NCBI RefSeq assembly: GCF_964355755.1
Contig: NC_092680.1
Span: forward strand, 13,215,045-13,279,044
DNA from: Antedon mediterranea
Taxonomy: Eukaryota; Animalia; Echinodermata
DNA length: 64,000 nucleotides
Direction: 5' to 3'
The notes beneath the pieces are model-generated. The model was not told the origin of the DNA and ran no database searches. It was given only the letters and a program-made list of their open reading frames with translations. Each line of letters starts with the position of its first letter. Position 1 is the first letter of the stretch. Both the position numbers and the translations under genes were made by a program. Shown here one piece after another: positions 45,401 through 59,739 of the stretch.

Positions 45401-48400
45401 GAATCGTTCAACACTAGGTATCCCGGTAGACGGTGTAATGATGGTCATAGGTATCCTCGATCCAAAGAGGGTTACAACCATCAGAATTGTAGTCCTGATA
45501 GCGGTCTTGACCTACAGTCCGGTGAATATCAACACCAACAAAAACAACAGCAGAAACATACTCAACAACAAAAACAGCAGCAGCAACAACAACAGCAACA
45601 ACTTCACAATTCGTATAATACGTGCTCTTCGTTGTGGCAAAGGCGAAGAACTCGTTCCTTTGAGGCGAACGAAGAAGAAGCGCCGCAAATACCGTCCATC
45701 CGTATAGAAAAGGGCTCAGACAAATTGTCACCGGTAAGTTAATAAGTAATTGTTGAGATGTTGAGACAAAAATTTATCCTCCTAAAATGTCTTACATAAG
45801 ATTACACTTTATTAAAAACATTTTTGTACTAATAACACATTAATTTTTGTAAAAAGAATTTGATTTAAACGTGGGTTCGTTACAGTGTGATAATACTCTT
45901 TATGTAGCTTGAAATATTGCTGAATATCTTCGAGATTAAGATTATCTCAATAAGTGCTGATTCACCCTAATAGTAATATATGGAATGGATTATCGGAATG
46001 TATTATTGTTGTTAACAATAGAGCATATTTCATTTATTTAGATGGGTGAATTAAAAGAAGTAGAGTACGTACTGCTAAGGAAGGACGTCAACGACCGTTC
46101 AGTACGCAGTAAGTATAATCTGTTAATAACAATTCCATATATGCTAATAAAGTTTATAAATCGCAAATAGCTTGATTTCGCGAGGAACGTAATTGCACAA
46201 TCCATGCTGAGAAGGATTTGGGAGCAAACGTCACGACGCGTACGCACAAACAACCAATCACGTACGTGCGCGACGTGACGTTTGCTCCCAAACCCTTCCC
46301 ATCATGCGTCGCGCATGCTATTTGCGATAAACCTTATGCTCTAGTTTCTTGTTACTTTACTAGTACTGTACAACAATAAATTAAGACACAGACTGGATAC
46401 ATTTTAAATAAGTATCAATAAAGGATAATTTCGAAATCAGATAAATGATTATTTCTGAAGAATACAACCTACACTACTTTCTAAGTCAAGAAAGATTACT
46501 TTAAACATTGAACTATAAAATATAAAAGAAGAAGAAAACTATATCAATATATGAAAACTATTATGATTGTAAAACATAAACGTCTAATTTAGATAAAGAG
46601 TGTATAATTATATCAAACTGAGCTGATTAAACTACAATTTAAGGTTTGTGATGTTGTATTTTCTCCCTTATTTCAAGGAAACAAAATAGCGTACAAGTCA
46701 AACAGAGTCAGACTCGAATATCCAAGCATTGTGTAGAATATAGGATAGGTTTGATCAAATAATCTGTATTCAAATTTCCATATTTTTCTTTAAATTTCAC
46801 TTTATACAGTATTATATTTTTGTTCTGTCTTTTATATATAAACATTTAAATGCCATTATTAGTCAATTTAAACATTTACACTAAAATCATGGTTATTGAT
46901 AATGATATAATGTTTCAAAAGCTCGTGGATTTGGTATGGAGATCATTAGTGGAAAGATGCGTCCAGATGGTACACTGGTTACCGTAGTAACACGTGTGGT
47001 TGCAGGAGGTCCAGCGCATGTGCACGGAAATTTAAAATCTGGTAAATACATTTTTATTATTGTTTCGATAGAGAAACATTGGGGCATGCGCACAAAGCCG
47101 TATACTCAAATGTCAACGTTTGATGTCACACATAGAACATAATCATAGTTACCGTAATTAACTCAATAATAAGAGTCCTTGGAAATAATTATATTCATGT
47201 AACGTTAAAGTGGTTATAAATCATTCTCATATTGTATTTACATTTCTAAAGGTAATAGATTTGCTTAACTAGCAATCTTAAACACTATTTAGGCATTACA
47301 AGGTAATAGCAACGAAATAATCAATTTCAGATAATAATTATGAAAGATACGTAAAGCACACTCTGATTAATATCTACTCTTTAGTGACCTGTAATCTAAT
47401 CCATGGATTACCTCTATGTTTACAGTAAACCTTTTCTTTTGAGTGCGAATACTTAATTGTACAACACACGAAAAAGGCTGACGGATCATGATAAATAATG
47501 TAATGATGATGACATTGACGATAATGATAATGATAATGATAGATGATGTAATGCTGATAATGATGACGTTGATGATAATGATGATGATTATGATGATGGA
47601 TGATGTAATGATGATAATTGTGAGGATAATGATGATAATGATGATGATAAAGACGATGATAGTGATTATGACGATAATAATAATAATGATGATGATAATG
47701 ATAATACTGATGATGATTATGATGATGATAATGATTATGATGATGATAATGATGGATTATGTAATGATGATGATGATTACGAAGTTGAAGACGATGATTA
47801 TGATGATGATGAGTTAATTACTGCCATTATATATATTTGTTTACTTGGCAGGTGATCAAATATTAGAATGGAATGGTCATAATCTTCTCGACAAAACCTT
47901 TGAAGAGGCTTGCTCAATATTAGCGGATGAGTGTGATGTTTTGAAAATACTTGTTTTGAGATCAAGGTGTGTTTAATTCACATAGTAATTGTCATAAATA
48001 CTTTATCACAGTAATTAGAAAGTCATGGGATATACAGAATAGACAAAATTACATTTTCAAACATGTTTTCACCCCATGAATTATTAATTGGTTTATAATA
48101 ACAATGTGGGGATTTTAATATCCACACATTACTAAACCAAGAATGCATGAATAGATGGATAGCAATAACCATTTATATCAACTTATTACATGTACTCATG
48201 CATGATTTAGTAAGTATTATATTTTTGTGTTAGCAGGCAAAACATAAAAAGAAATATTTGTACACAATTTTGATTCCTGGATCATATCAAAATTAATTTT
48301 CTTCAAATAGTATTACCACTAAAAATACACAATTAAGAATATTCCGATATTGATCAATTTGTTTATAAAAATATTACGTCAACTATATTATGGTATTTAT

Positions 48401-51400
48401 TTCATTACCTTACATGAAGATAAACAAGATTGTATTTTTATTTCTAAGACATCATTCCAGACATAACAGTGTAGACAGAAATCGGCCAATGAGTTTGGTG
48501 GACACTGAGATTACAGCAAGAAGAAAAACAATTTCACGAAGTAACTAACTCTCTACATCAATCTCTCTTATAAACTTCCTTATATTAAAACAAATAAATG
48601 GAGAAATATTTCGTTAAATGATTTAAATATTTTTTCATTTTGCTGAAATGACTTTAGCTTATCGTCATTATTTGCAATGGAGTAAAATAGATTTTTCAAT
48701 ATACAACAAAAATATCACAGCAATATATCAGCATTACCATAATTGATTCTTATTTCTACTTTTCTTAGGCCTTCGCAATCAAGTAAATGCAGACCAGTAT
48801 CGCCGTATTTTTCACGTTGACAGCTCAATACCAAGGCGCAAGATATCGTCTGCCACAACTAGTCCTGTGACGTCACCAGTAAGTCGCCAGTCACCTGACC
48901 AAGGAGCAGCAACTCCTCCAGGTGGAAGTACTTCACCACAAAGTACAACGCCATCTACGGTATGTAAAAATTAATTAAAATAAACAGCCAATTCTCGATA
49001 TTGTATCAAAATCTGTACAGTATAGTATCATTGGCATCTTCTGTGTGCAGACCTTAGTCCTTATTCTAACCTTCCATTAATACAGGCTCACATGATAAAC
49101 ATGATACTGTATTACGACACTTGCCTATGATACTGGACAATTGTCTTATGTGGAGATACATACAGAACTAAGAATAAATAAGTACTGGATTTCTTTACTG
49201 AAAACCGTAACGATGACAGCAGTGGATTTGTCTTTTCAAAAATCTAAAAAAATTCTACTTCTAATTCATATATTTAAATCTATCATATCAAAGAATCTAC
49301 TAACAGTGTCTGATCAAGCGAACGCAGAGGTCGTTGACATCAAGATGCCGATAACTGGTGAGATCCGACTAAGTGTACTGTACAAGGCAGCTGACAGAGA
49401 ACTTGTTGTCCACACTCAAGAGGCGAAAGGCATCCAAGTACGTCATACAACGGGTGACCCACAACTCCCTAATCCTTACATCAAAATAGATATGCTGCCT
49501 CATCGACGGTAAGTGTTATTAACATCACATAGAAGGTGTCAGCTATCTTAACGTTGGTTCTCCTGTGCACTCACAAATTTAATCCAACATTCGATAATAG
49601 TACGAAATACACGTGTGTGTATACTTTAATGGGGATCCTCTGACAGGGTTTATGTTCTATTGATCATAGTATCTATAATTTTGATGTTTTTGTCTATGTT
49701 ACATCTCAATACCGTACTACACAGAGAATCGATACGACAACGAACGGCGACCGTGGATGCTAGTCTATGTCCTGTCTGGAATAAAGTCTTTGTCTATAGC
49801 AACATTGATGAAAATAATGTGAGTAAAATCATTTAAAAAATAGATTATCAGCTGATCACATTTTTCATTCCTATATCAGGCCTAATAACATAATTTAAAC
49901 TAATTATATTTGAAGTGTATCTATTTAATGTCATGACAAACGTTTCCAAAATATACTGTATTTAAAAAATGTATTATATCATGTACAAAATGTGTGGATT
50001 ATTATTGTTATTTGTATGCATATAAATCAAAACACTATGTATAAAAGTTAAAAGTGTAAAAATCAGAAAATAACAAAAAGGAGTAGAAAACGGAAATTTA
50101 ATGTACGAAAATGAAATGTAAATAAAATACGTATGAAAGATTGAATAAATAAAGCTGGTGGTTAACCACAAAAGAGAAAAACAAATCAAACAAAGTGTTT
50201 GGTACCATTAAAAATCACTGCATTCCTATTTGACGTTTAAATTATATAATAATAAATATAAAAACGATTTTACGTGTATTATCTTCAATAGATCGATACA
50301 TTTGGGCTTGAATTCACACTGTGGGATGATATACCGAAAAGAAGCAACACGTTTATGGGAGAAGTAAGTCACTTCATTTAATCTTCAAGAAAATTTACCA
50401 AAATAAACACGGCACTGACGTGCTTGTAACGTTTCTATATTATCTATAGAAATTCATTCATGCATTAAGTTCGTTACTATATCAAATGGTTGAAATCTTC
50501 CATTTAATATCTATGAACTAGCAATTCACATATAAAATGTAATCTTTAACTAGACGTTATGTCCACACAAAAATTAGGTTGGTTTTGCTGCGGTTTTGTA
50601 CACTATAACTGATTTCTGCGTATACTTGAATAATCAAAATGTATACCTGGCCAGAATAGTTTTAATATCTATAAATAACAATACAGATTCGACGACGTTT
50701 AATAGTATTTAGATATATTTAGCAAAGCTGATTGAAACCAATATAATTTCACTAATTGCTGCAGAGTGTAGGTAAATTGCACAAGTAAAATCATTTATGT
50801 GACAATAAGTTTCTTCTGTTTCTATACATTTTAATTCTATATCTATGTTCGTAATGGAATCGTTATTTATTCGGCCTTCATGAATAAATTGATTTTATTT
50901 CGATAGATAAGATAGGGTAGGTGTTACAATTTACCTAATTATACTACAATGTTTCATATGATTTATTTAGCAACATCTTCATACGGGATTACACGATCAT
51001 GTAAAGAAAAACCTGTTTTGCATTATGGTCCTGTCCTAAATACAAAAAAATCAAGGGGAAAAACGAATGTTTAGTTTTGTTGATAAAAAATTAGATCGAT
51101 ATCTATAGCTTTGGTTGAAGCAATTGTTAGGAAATATTTAATTTCAGTTCATCTTTGAACGACGATTGTACTCGCACTGTAATTTATTTTGCGCGCCCAG
51201 ATACTACGTTGTACACGTGTGTAGGCCTAGCATTGTGCCTCTTTATTTCCCCATGACAATTTCTTTTATTTTACTGAGGGTTTTGATAAACAATTATAAT
51301 ATGTCTTCAGAGAATCAACATGAATTCTTTGTCCACATTCTGACGTAAATTGTACAGAATACTCTGCAGTAAACATACATTGAGAATATACCGTACTACC

Positions 51401-54316
51401 ACATCCTCACCTACGCGGAATTTCTTTAGACCAGAGATCTGAACAATTTACGCAGGATTGGTAAAACATCTAACTATTCTGTTTTACTTTTTTTTTTTAT
51501 GTCTAGGTCTTGTTAGATTTAGCTGATTGTGACTTAAATGGACATTCACAATGGTACAACCTTGTTGACCATGATGAAAACAGTGGACCTCTTCCAAAAT
51601 CTTCTCCGGCAGAAGTCCGTAAAACGTCACCGTGTTTCACGCGTGGTCTTCCGTCCATGCCAGCTCACGATAAAGTGAAGGAACTCTGGGAAAACGGTTA
51701 CTTAACTCTGAGATCTCAAGGTGATAATATTCTGTTTATTTGTCCAAAATTTGGTCTTCTTTTTACCTTTTTTGGGGTAAGTCTACAGCCTAGTAAAACA
51801 ACAGTTCTATGGAAGCCGCGCCGCCATTTCTACAGTATATCTATCATTATCAATAATAAATATTAACTCGATATTTTAAAAGAAATTGTGCAACTAAGAG
51901 AATTAGTGACAGCCAAAAAAATAGCATATGTAATTTACATAGGAAATATATGTTATAATAATTAATATTTTATATTACCAACATGAAAACCATAAATTAC
52001 TGTATTAACAATATCAAGCTTACTGCAGCTGATATATAATGTCATCGGTCATGAAAACTATCGTGCTTAGGGCACGAATTGATCGTTACATTACTACATT
52101 TTTTACACGGATATTGGATTTCGTTTCATAAGAACCTGCCACGAGAAATAATAATTTACCGTACAAGTCAAGTATGGCAAACCATACAACCTGCGGCAAG
52201 TCAATTGGATGTGAAGAAAATCTGAGACCAATATAATAATATAATACTGTATCATATATTTGGAGAAGTCAACGTTGCATTATTTGCAAATCGTCGTAGT
52301 CAAATCATACGACTGAATTTGTATGAGAACAACACAATTATTATGTTGATGTATATTTGATTTTATTAAACAGGCAATCGCAGCGGTAGTGACACGTCAA
52401 TATGTAGCGCCCGTAGTGCCGACGAACACTGGCCCTACGATCGTTCATCCTTTACATCGTCAACATTGCTGCCCTCACCGACAGTTGTTAAACAACTTAC
52501 AGGTTTGTAACAAGATTATTGTTTTCTATTTTGTGCCAGCAACAAAGTGTATATACTTATCTAGAAAGATCAGTTAACGAGTTTATTAAGATATGACAGT
52601 TATTGCCATATTTTGGAAGTTAATTAATCTAAAAAAAACGAAAGAGCTGGCAACTTTAACATGAACGGTACAACTGGTTGACACATGCGCGGTACTGTCT
52701 CTCGTACAATGACGTAACGACTAACTGATGACGAATTATAATGCATATCACTTAATCATAATGGTGTTTTAATGTTTATTATACGCTACGAATATTCGTA
52801 TTTATATGTTTATTATATTACAATCATACCGAAAACAAATATTGTTTTCTAATGTAGACTTCCATTTTTAACAGTTTGCACTGTCATCTTATATTACCAT
52901 TTATATTGAATTTGAATCATACCTTATTTATTCGACATATCCATAAATATATTTCATATATTAATATTATACATTTTTAAAAATCGAAATCGTCACGTTA
53001 TATTTTTTTTTTCTTTTTTTAATCTTTTTCCGTTATATTATTATTCTAAATTATATGTTGTCAAATAATATTAATTTCCACAGCCTTTCTGTACGCTTGT
53101 TCGCCTCCTCAGCTACCTGCGCAAACAGAACGAAGGAACTCAGTGTTATCTTACAGTGAGAGACAACATCTCTGCATTATTGTGTCCCTCTCAATTTTAT
53201 CACTAAACTTTGTTTCTCGCTTGGACGAAATGCAAGGACGACGCACCGCGAGTAAATTTAATCAATCACGGAGCGTGATCATCCGTTCGCTTGTGATTGG
53301 TCAAATCTCTTGCGTTACGTCATTGCGTTATTGCGTCCTACTAGTGGGGAACAAAGTATTTTTCAATCTCTCCTTACTTCCATTTGCCTTCCCAGGATCC
53401 ATCATTGTTCATATCATTGATTTACATCTATCTTTTTTATCTTTTGTGGATCTTTTTATTTTGTTTAATGCCTGTTCCATTGGTTATCAGCACATGCCTA
53501 ATTTTACAGTACTGGTACGGGATATCATTTTATTAATGCAAATAATAGAAAATAAAGTATAAAAGAATTTAAAAATCTACAGTAAATTTATTGACGAACT
53601 GTAAACACACATTTCTCTTTTAGTAGATACAAATTTTATGTTTTCGTTTCTTTTCAATAATGAGTCATTCCCACGTATTTTTGGATGATTAAAAGGTTTA
53701 AGCTTATTAGATGCAATAATTGGTTGTTTGTATACCATTATTCTGTACTCATGTCCTCATGGCACAGCTAGAATGCCTGCCATATTCAATTTTCAAGTGG
53801 TTGATATTTCACCGAATATTGTTTTATAAGCGTGCCTTTAACCAACCCGCGACAAAACATTCAATTATCTTCCTTTTGCAATAAGCACGTTTGTTTTACT
53901 GTTTTCTTTTCTCATTTTTATCATTCGTCAACTATCATCACAATGCTCTTTTACATTAATGACATTCCCGTTGCCATGTGTTAGCCCGAAGCTATTTCCT
54001 TGCAGGTTCTAAGCCTAAGATAAAGGTCTTGGGTGCTGATTCAGTGCATGAATCGCATGCCGGTGCAACGGCAGCAGGCTGCCTTTTCCGACCTCGCTCT
54101 TCTACCCTACCCATTTCAAGCTTGAGAAGAAGTGGTAAGAATACCTTAGCATGTTATTCAAAACATGTCATTGGTTTTTGTTATTCCGTGTTCATTTATA
54201 AATACAGAATTGCATACACATTATTGCATCAATTTCCTGTAATCAGTCATTTCAATAATAGGCCTAAACACTATGCATTTTCTCCAAGTAGCTAATGCCT
54301 ATTTATAAATCTTATC

Positions 54317-54355
<39 letters not shown>

Positions 54356-54375
54356 TAATGTTTTTTGCCTGATTT

Positions 54376-54448
<73 letters not shown>

Positions 54449-57400
54449 CTGTTTTTAGTTTAATTAATAGAGCTTAACTAGGGCCTACAAACATAATGAT
54501 TGGCATTATAGGGTAAATATTCCAATAAAGATATTACTAAATATGTTCATAATGCGTCAAGTAAGTGAAACTTTCAACTATAACCTGAGCAATCTAAGTA
54601 AAATCAAGGAACACTTACGTAATTTTTCACTTCTAACATTAGCGTCTGACAGACAGCCGACCGTAAAAAGTCAGGCGAAGACTATTCTAAGAGCTACTAA
54701 CAGCGATGCATCACTGAACATTCAAACTAAATCCAAAGGTAAGATCTGATTGCGTAGTTTAAAAGATTTCAGAACATTTCCCCATTTTTTCGACAAACTA
54801 TTGTTCCCCTGTTTATTAGTATCAGGAAAAAGAATTCTAATTTTGATTTATTCCATAAAATGAAAATACACTCTTGTATCTTATACGTGCAGCATTCTAT
54901 GCAAAACTGTTTGTCTACATAGATAGATCGGTTTGTCTGAAAATGGATTAAAAAACACTAAAGCATTATTTAAATCAATAAAGAATTTAGACTGTGAAAC
55001 ATCTTAAACATTCCATTCATAGGTATCTTCAGAAGATGTGCATCGTTCCGCAGAGCAGATAGTACATCCAGTGACAGGTCACGTGGTAGCATTACTAGCC
55101 TAGGCAGCACGGATTCAGAAAATTTCATGTAAATAGCCAGACATATCATTAAACTTAACTTGAATCGCCATGTGGTATCTTGAATTCAGAAAAAATAAAT
55201 AAATTCTAGATACTAATAAACTTTTAAGCAAAAGACTACCTTAACTTCGTTTCTAAGACCACCTTTTTTCTGTAGCTGAACCCTAAATTTGGAACGATTT
55301 ATTTAGTTATTTAAACATTTGGACGCCACATTCAAATTAGAAAAACAATTAAAGACTTTTATTCTAACCAATTGAATGACAGTAATTGATGTAAGCGCCA
55401 CTAATTTTTGATTCTATCATAGAAATGTGCGCTAGGCCTATATTCTTGTTAATTTCTAAGACATAATTATTCATTTCAACAGCAAACTATTATCTCAAAC
55501 TTTTGAAGACAATTCATTGACGATGCAAGACGACGAACCGAGTGGAACACCTGAAGGACCAGGACAAGCAAAGCTTCAGAATAATGGTAATTACTGATCT
55601 CAAGTCCAGAAAATTACGTACAATAATATTGTTTAATATAAATAATAAATCAATATTATTAAATTAAAACATTCTTTTATGATTTTATTTATTATATTAC
55701 TACATACTGTATTTTCTAAATATTTTTCTTCAAAGACTCATTATATATATATACTCAGTATACAACAAATTCATCTAAAAACGTGGTATTAAAATCTTGA
55801 CTAGATTTATTTAATCTATCAACCAAACAAAGCGGTGTGGAAATTCGACTCCATAGTTAATCTTAGTTGTCTGCACTAGCAAACTGTAAAATCCGTATTT
55901 CGTAGTTTGCAAACTCAAGTTTACAAATGTAGACTTTTGCAAAGTGTACACAACGATATTTACCAAAATGTTTGTCAACTTGTCTACACTTAGCAAACTT
56001 TACCAATATTTTGTTTACATACTTGGAGTTCACTCGAGTTTACAAACTAAAGTTTGTCAGTGTAGACTTTTGCCGAAGTTTGTCAACTGGTCTACACTAG
56101 CAAACTTACCAATATTGTGTTTAGGCCTACAAAGTCGGAATTTGCTCGTCAAACTATGCTAACAGCTTAAATTGAATAATAAGTTCTACACTACAATATC
56201 ATATTACCATGATTGGCTATATGTCATTTCACTACATTGTTTTGTTTTTTTTTTCTGACAAAGGTATGCGGGTGTGTGGTTATATCATGATAGACATGAC
56301 AGTCAGTAAAGGTTTTCTCGAGGTTCTCATCATAAAGGTGCATGGTCTCAACGGTTCTCAATCTGAACCTATAGGTAAATATTCGTAATTTACACAAAAA
56401 CAAACAAACTTTGTATTTCGTTTATTTTATCAGTAATTTATTTATATTTGCATTCATCAGATACGTATGTGAAGACATATTTGAGAGATTTTAAGAAAAA
56501 GCTACAGAAGAAGAAAACAAGGGTTGTCAAAAAGTCAACAAATCCAGTTTACATGCAGAAATTGACTTACTCAGCGTGTGATATAGATAGGCGCATTTTA
56601 CAGGTAAAAAAGTCCTTAGGTGAATCAGGTTCATACATGTAATAAAGTATTCGTTAAGAAAAGGAGGTGTAATGTCAAAGAAAGCTAACACACTGCTTAT
56701 GGGGTACTCTATTTTGTCCTTTATTGACTTCTGACGATTATGCTGTAAACAACAACAGAAAACAAATATTAAACCCTGCGACAGTCATGGGATACATAGC
56801 TATGCAAGACGTACTGTAAGCTTAAAGCCTTAGTCTATTAAATATAGTTCATACCCATGTCCCTGCTACATGTCTTATACAGTAGTCTAGAATATACATG
56901 AATTTAACATTAAATTAATCTAGGCCTGGTATAGTATAATCTTAACATAAAGTATAGCTTACCAAGATTGTGCCTACACAGAAAAGCTTTCTTCCTTCCC
57001 ATCCACTATGCAGCATAGCCACTCTCAATAAGGCCAGTAGTCACACCTGGCTGAGCATATGCAAATGAACTCAATAAAAGCTAAACAATTGGTAGCAGCA
57101 GACTAAAGTACAGATAAAGTATGTGAATAGAAAACTCCACAAAATTTAATATTTGGAACAATTTTGGTTCCAACATGTATATTGGGGTAAACTAATAATA
57201 AAGCTTTACTTGTAGAGCAGTGAATTTTACCAAAAGAAACATTTTTCTCAATTCCTTTTCAATTCCCGTTGAATCCTAGTCCTAGTACTGTTAACTACTA
57301 AAAATATTTAACAGAAAGACAATACAGTATTTTAATAAAGTCTTTCTACACTATCAAACTAGTTTGACCAAAAAAAGTGTGATGTGCCGAAATATGGCAG

Positions 57401-57686
57401 TGATATTCCCAAATATAGTAGTGATATGACATTATCATGTCCATATATGGGCATTTATTTCATTTGTTACGCTTTTAATATTGACTATTCTTGCTCCTTT
57501 TTTCCGCAGGTAGGAGTTTGGAAAAAGGGATCAGGTATTGAAAGTAACAAGCAACTTGGTGAAACTAGAATTCATTTAGATAAATGTTCACTTGATCACA
57601 TGGAACACACCAAGGCATGGTACACACTCTATCCATCTTTGGCATTTGCAAGAAGCGACTCGGTAGAATCTCAAGCTTCTATTTAG
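42462..57686 (+). CDS. RIMS: RIM-family presynaptic active-zone scaffold (RabBD-Zn finger, PDZ, C2A, C2B), probably II-RIM clade, ~1133 aa
   Basis: 22 phase-compatible GT-AG exons: 42462-42479, 43346-43708, 44385-44525, 45101-45733, 46042-46108, 46922-47041, 47852-47966, 48449-48540, 48769-48959, 49294-49508, 49725-49818, 50292-50363, 51507-51720, 52374-52502, 53084-53155, 54006-54134, 54643-54738, 55023-55128, 55483-55586, 56264-56374, 56461-56603, 57510-57686 (3402 nt). Motifs: LAHLTPDEIAVIQHVL Rab-binding helix; 8-Cys finger CRLC/CHDC/CYYC/CRLC with TGNWYHG; PDZ GFGMEIISGK...GDQILEWNG; C2A PNPYIKIDMLP...FMGEVLLDL; GPGQ; C2B DTYVKTYL..KKKTRVV..AWYTLYP. The low-complexity linker exons are less certain. 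Confidence 0.9.
43727..43925 (-). mobile_element. Probable LINE (CR1/L2-type) 3' tail remnant
   Basis: (TTTA)n followed by a GAGGGT...ACCCTC stem-loop. Absent from the adjacent duplicated copy at 44056-44160. Confidence 0.4.
46154..46331. mobile_element. Palindromic foldback element in RIM intron
   Basis: ATCGCAAATAGC / GCTATTTGCGAT outer arms and TTTGGGAGCAAACGTCACG / CGTGACGTTTGCTCCCAAA inner arms. Confidence 0.7.
47487..47812. repeat. Degenerate (GAT/AAT)n microsatellite in RIM intron
   Basis: Triplet runs; explains the Met/Ile-rich spurious ORF. Confidence 0.9.
54318..54444. repeat. (TA)n microsatellites
   Basis: Two TA runs, 54318-54351 and 54378-54444. Confidence 0.95.
55210..55450 (+). 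mobile_element. L2-clade LINE 3' remnant
   Basis: Translates to FSVAEP-IWNDL, resembling the L2 ORF2 C-terminal FSVAAPxLWNxLP, followed by a TGTAAGCGCC...GTGCGCTA tail. Confidence 0.5.
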
Positions 57687-59359
57687 ACAAATTATCAATT
57701 TTTTTTCATGTAGGCTTACAATTGTAAATATTTCAAAGTAGATTCCAGTTGTCATAACACAATACACACAGGGTTATAGGTGGACCAGTCAGTGTGATTG
57801 TTTATAAACAATGTGTGCCTTCCGAAGAATTAAAATTTTCCAAAATAAACAGTTTTATTCGACAATGTTACAGAAAATTGAGGTTACAAGAACTTTATTT
57901 TCCATCATGAACTGGGATATTAAATTATGCTTTGTACTTAAATTCATTTGAATCACTGCCTTGGTACATATGATACATTTACATATTTATTTATAAAATA
58001 TATTTATACAAATGTATATTAATTTAAATGAAAATTTAATATTACAGTATCTTTCTATGGCCACAAATAATGTAGATATCGGTGGAGATCTTGAATCCTG
58101 TTAGCGTCATATTATGAAAAATGGTGAAAGTAGTGCATTGTTTATAGTATTACATTGAATGACGTCCTTTTATTTTCATGCTTTACCAGACTACACAGCT
58201 ATTGTCTTTATGCGCATGCTCATGTCTATTTGACTATCATAATGTTGAACATTTCTCCCTTACTACGGTATTGTATTAACCATTTTAAGTTATCTTATAT
58301 GTGCATAGTTCATTTTGAATTAAATTAAATGTTGGGTAGGGCCAGTAAATTCAACACGGTCACTACACTTTTTGTCAACTGTTAGGCCTATATTTTTACT
58401 GCTAAAACTACTTGCCCCATTGTCGGTATTAATTATTGCAGTATTGCAGTCTTCCATAAATGGACAAAGTGGTGAGATATGCCTTTTTTTTTTTTGTAAC
58501 AAAACTCTTGGAGACAAAAAAAAATTAATAAAATAAATATTAATATTTAGAAAGCATATTTTTATACCAGTAGGTCTAATGGAAGGAAAGTGATAAAAGT
58601 AAAGCATATTAATATAAGTAACAGGTATTGTTTAATGTTATGTTGTATGCTTCAGTGCCTTAATTTAAAAAGGTGAAATGTTTGTTGCACTCCGCCTACA
58701 TCGGACTGTCTTTTATAATGCTTTATATTTTTAAATGGGTGCTGAGTGACCAATGTGCTGCTGATGTACCAAAATTACTTTTTATAACATAAGTATTCTT
58801 AAGGATTTGTTATATTTCAGAAGCAGTCTTTACCAAGTTACTTTTGAATAGAATAAGAACAAGAATGACATAAACTTGAATTCTGCTGTTTAATAAAAAT
58901 GATTACATAACCACTGGATGTTTGATTTTGTTTTTTTTTTTTAAATCTCAGTGGGATGTTGTAGATGTATAGTAACAATGGTGTCCAATCACTAACAATG
59001 AAATCATACATATGTCCTGGTAATTGCTGTTGGACAGACTGGATCAGCAACATGATACCATTACCATACATCCATTTCTTATAAGTTTTGCCAAGCTGTT
59101 TTCCACTTTCCAACTTCTTGTTACACAGAACTAAAAGAGAGATAATTAATAAGTGAATACACCTGTAAACAACTCTCTTATACTTTTTGGTTTGAATGTT
59201 GTTACATCTGGTTTAAACCTGTGCAATGATAAAAAAAAAAGTGCATTATTTGTTTGACTTAGACCACATATATTGTTTGCAGCTTAGCATTCATACAGGA
59301 ATGGCTATGCCTACCGTACTCAAGACATGAAATGGTATAGTCCGTTAAATAATTACACT

Positions 59360-59575
59360 ACTATATTAGAGCCATGTTCAATCTGTGGAAAAGAAGATTC
59401 TGTAACTTCTGTTAGACCTATTTGTCTGTTTGAAACACACTCAGGATATTATTGCTTTACTGATCATTACACAAGATGGCTCATCTTAGTACCTCTGACA
59501 GAAATTGTGGAATTTACTTTAGCTGAAGCTATGTTTGAACATGTCATTTGTGTGCATGTGTGATCGGGGATCACA
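59360..59575 (+). pseudogene. Decayed retroviral-type (rve/Gypsy-like) integrase fragment
   Basis: FTDHYTRWLILVPL...TLAEAMFEHVICVH resembles the integrase core around the first catalytic Asp; followed by a stop. Confidence 0.5.
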
Positions 59576-59739
59576 GCTAGTAGTATGTGCAATGGGGATC
59601 TAAAGGACTTCTGCTATGAAGTACAAGGGGAACAAATCTCAAACATGTGGTATATGCTTTGTTAGAAAGAATATATTCTGTTTGGTCCTTATTGAAGGGG
59701 GAGCTAATACAAATCACCAAGATAAGGCACATTTGTTTT

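Noticed and set aside
45185-45731. Alternative-frame and antisense ORFs over RIM exon 4 (also 4707-4962 and 43318-43614)
   Set aside because: Shadows of real coding exons.
47488-47817. Met/Ile-rich ORF (also 26262-26468)
   Set aside because: Translations of degenerate GAT microsatellites.
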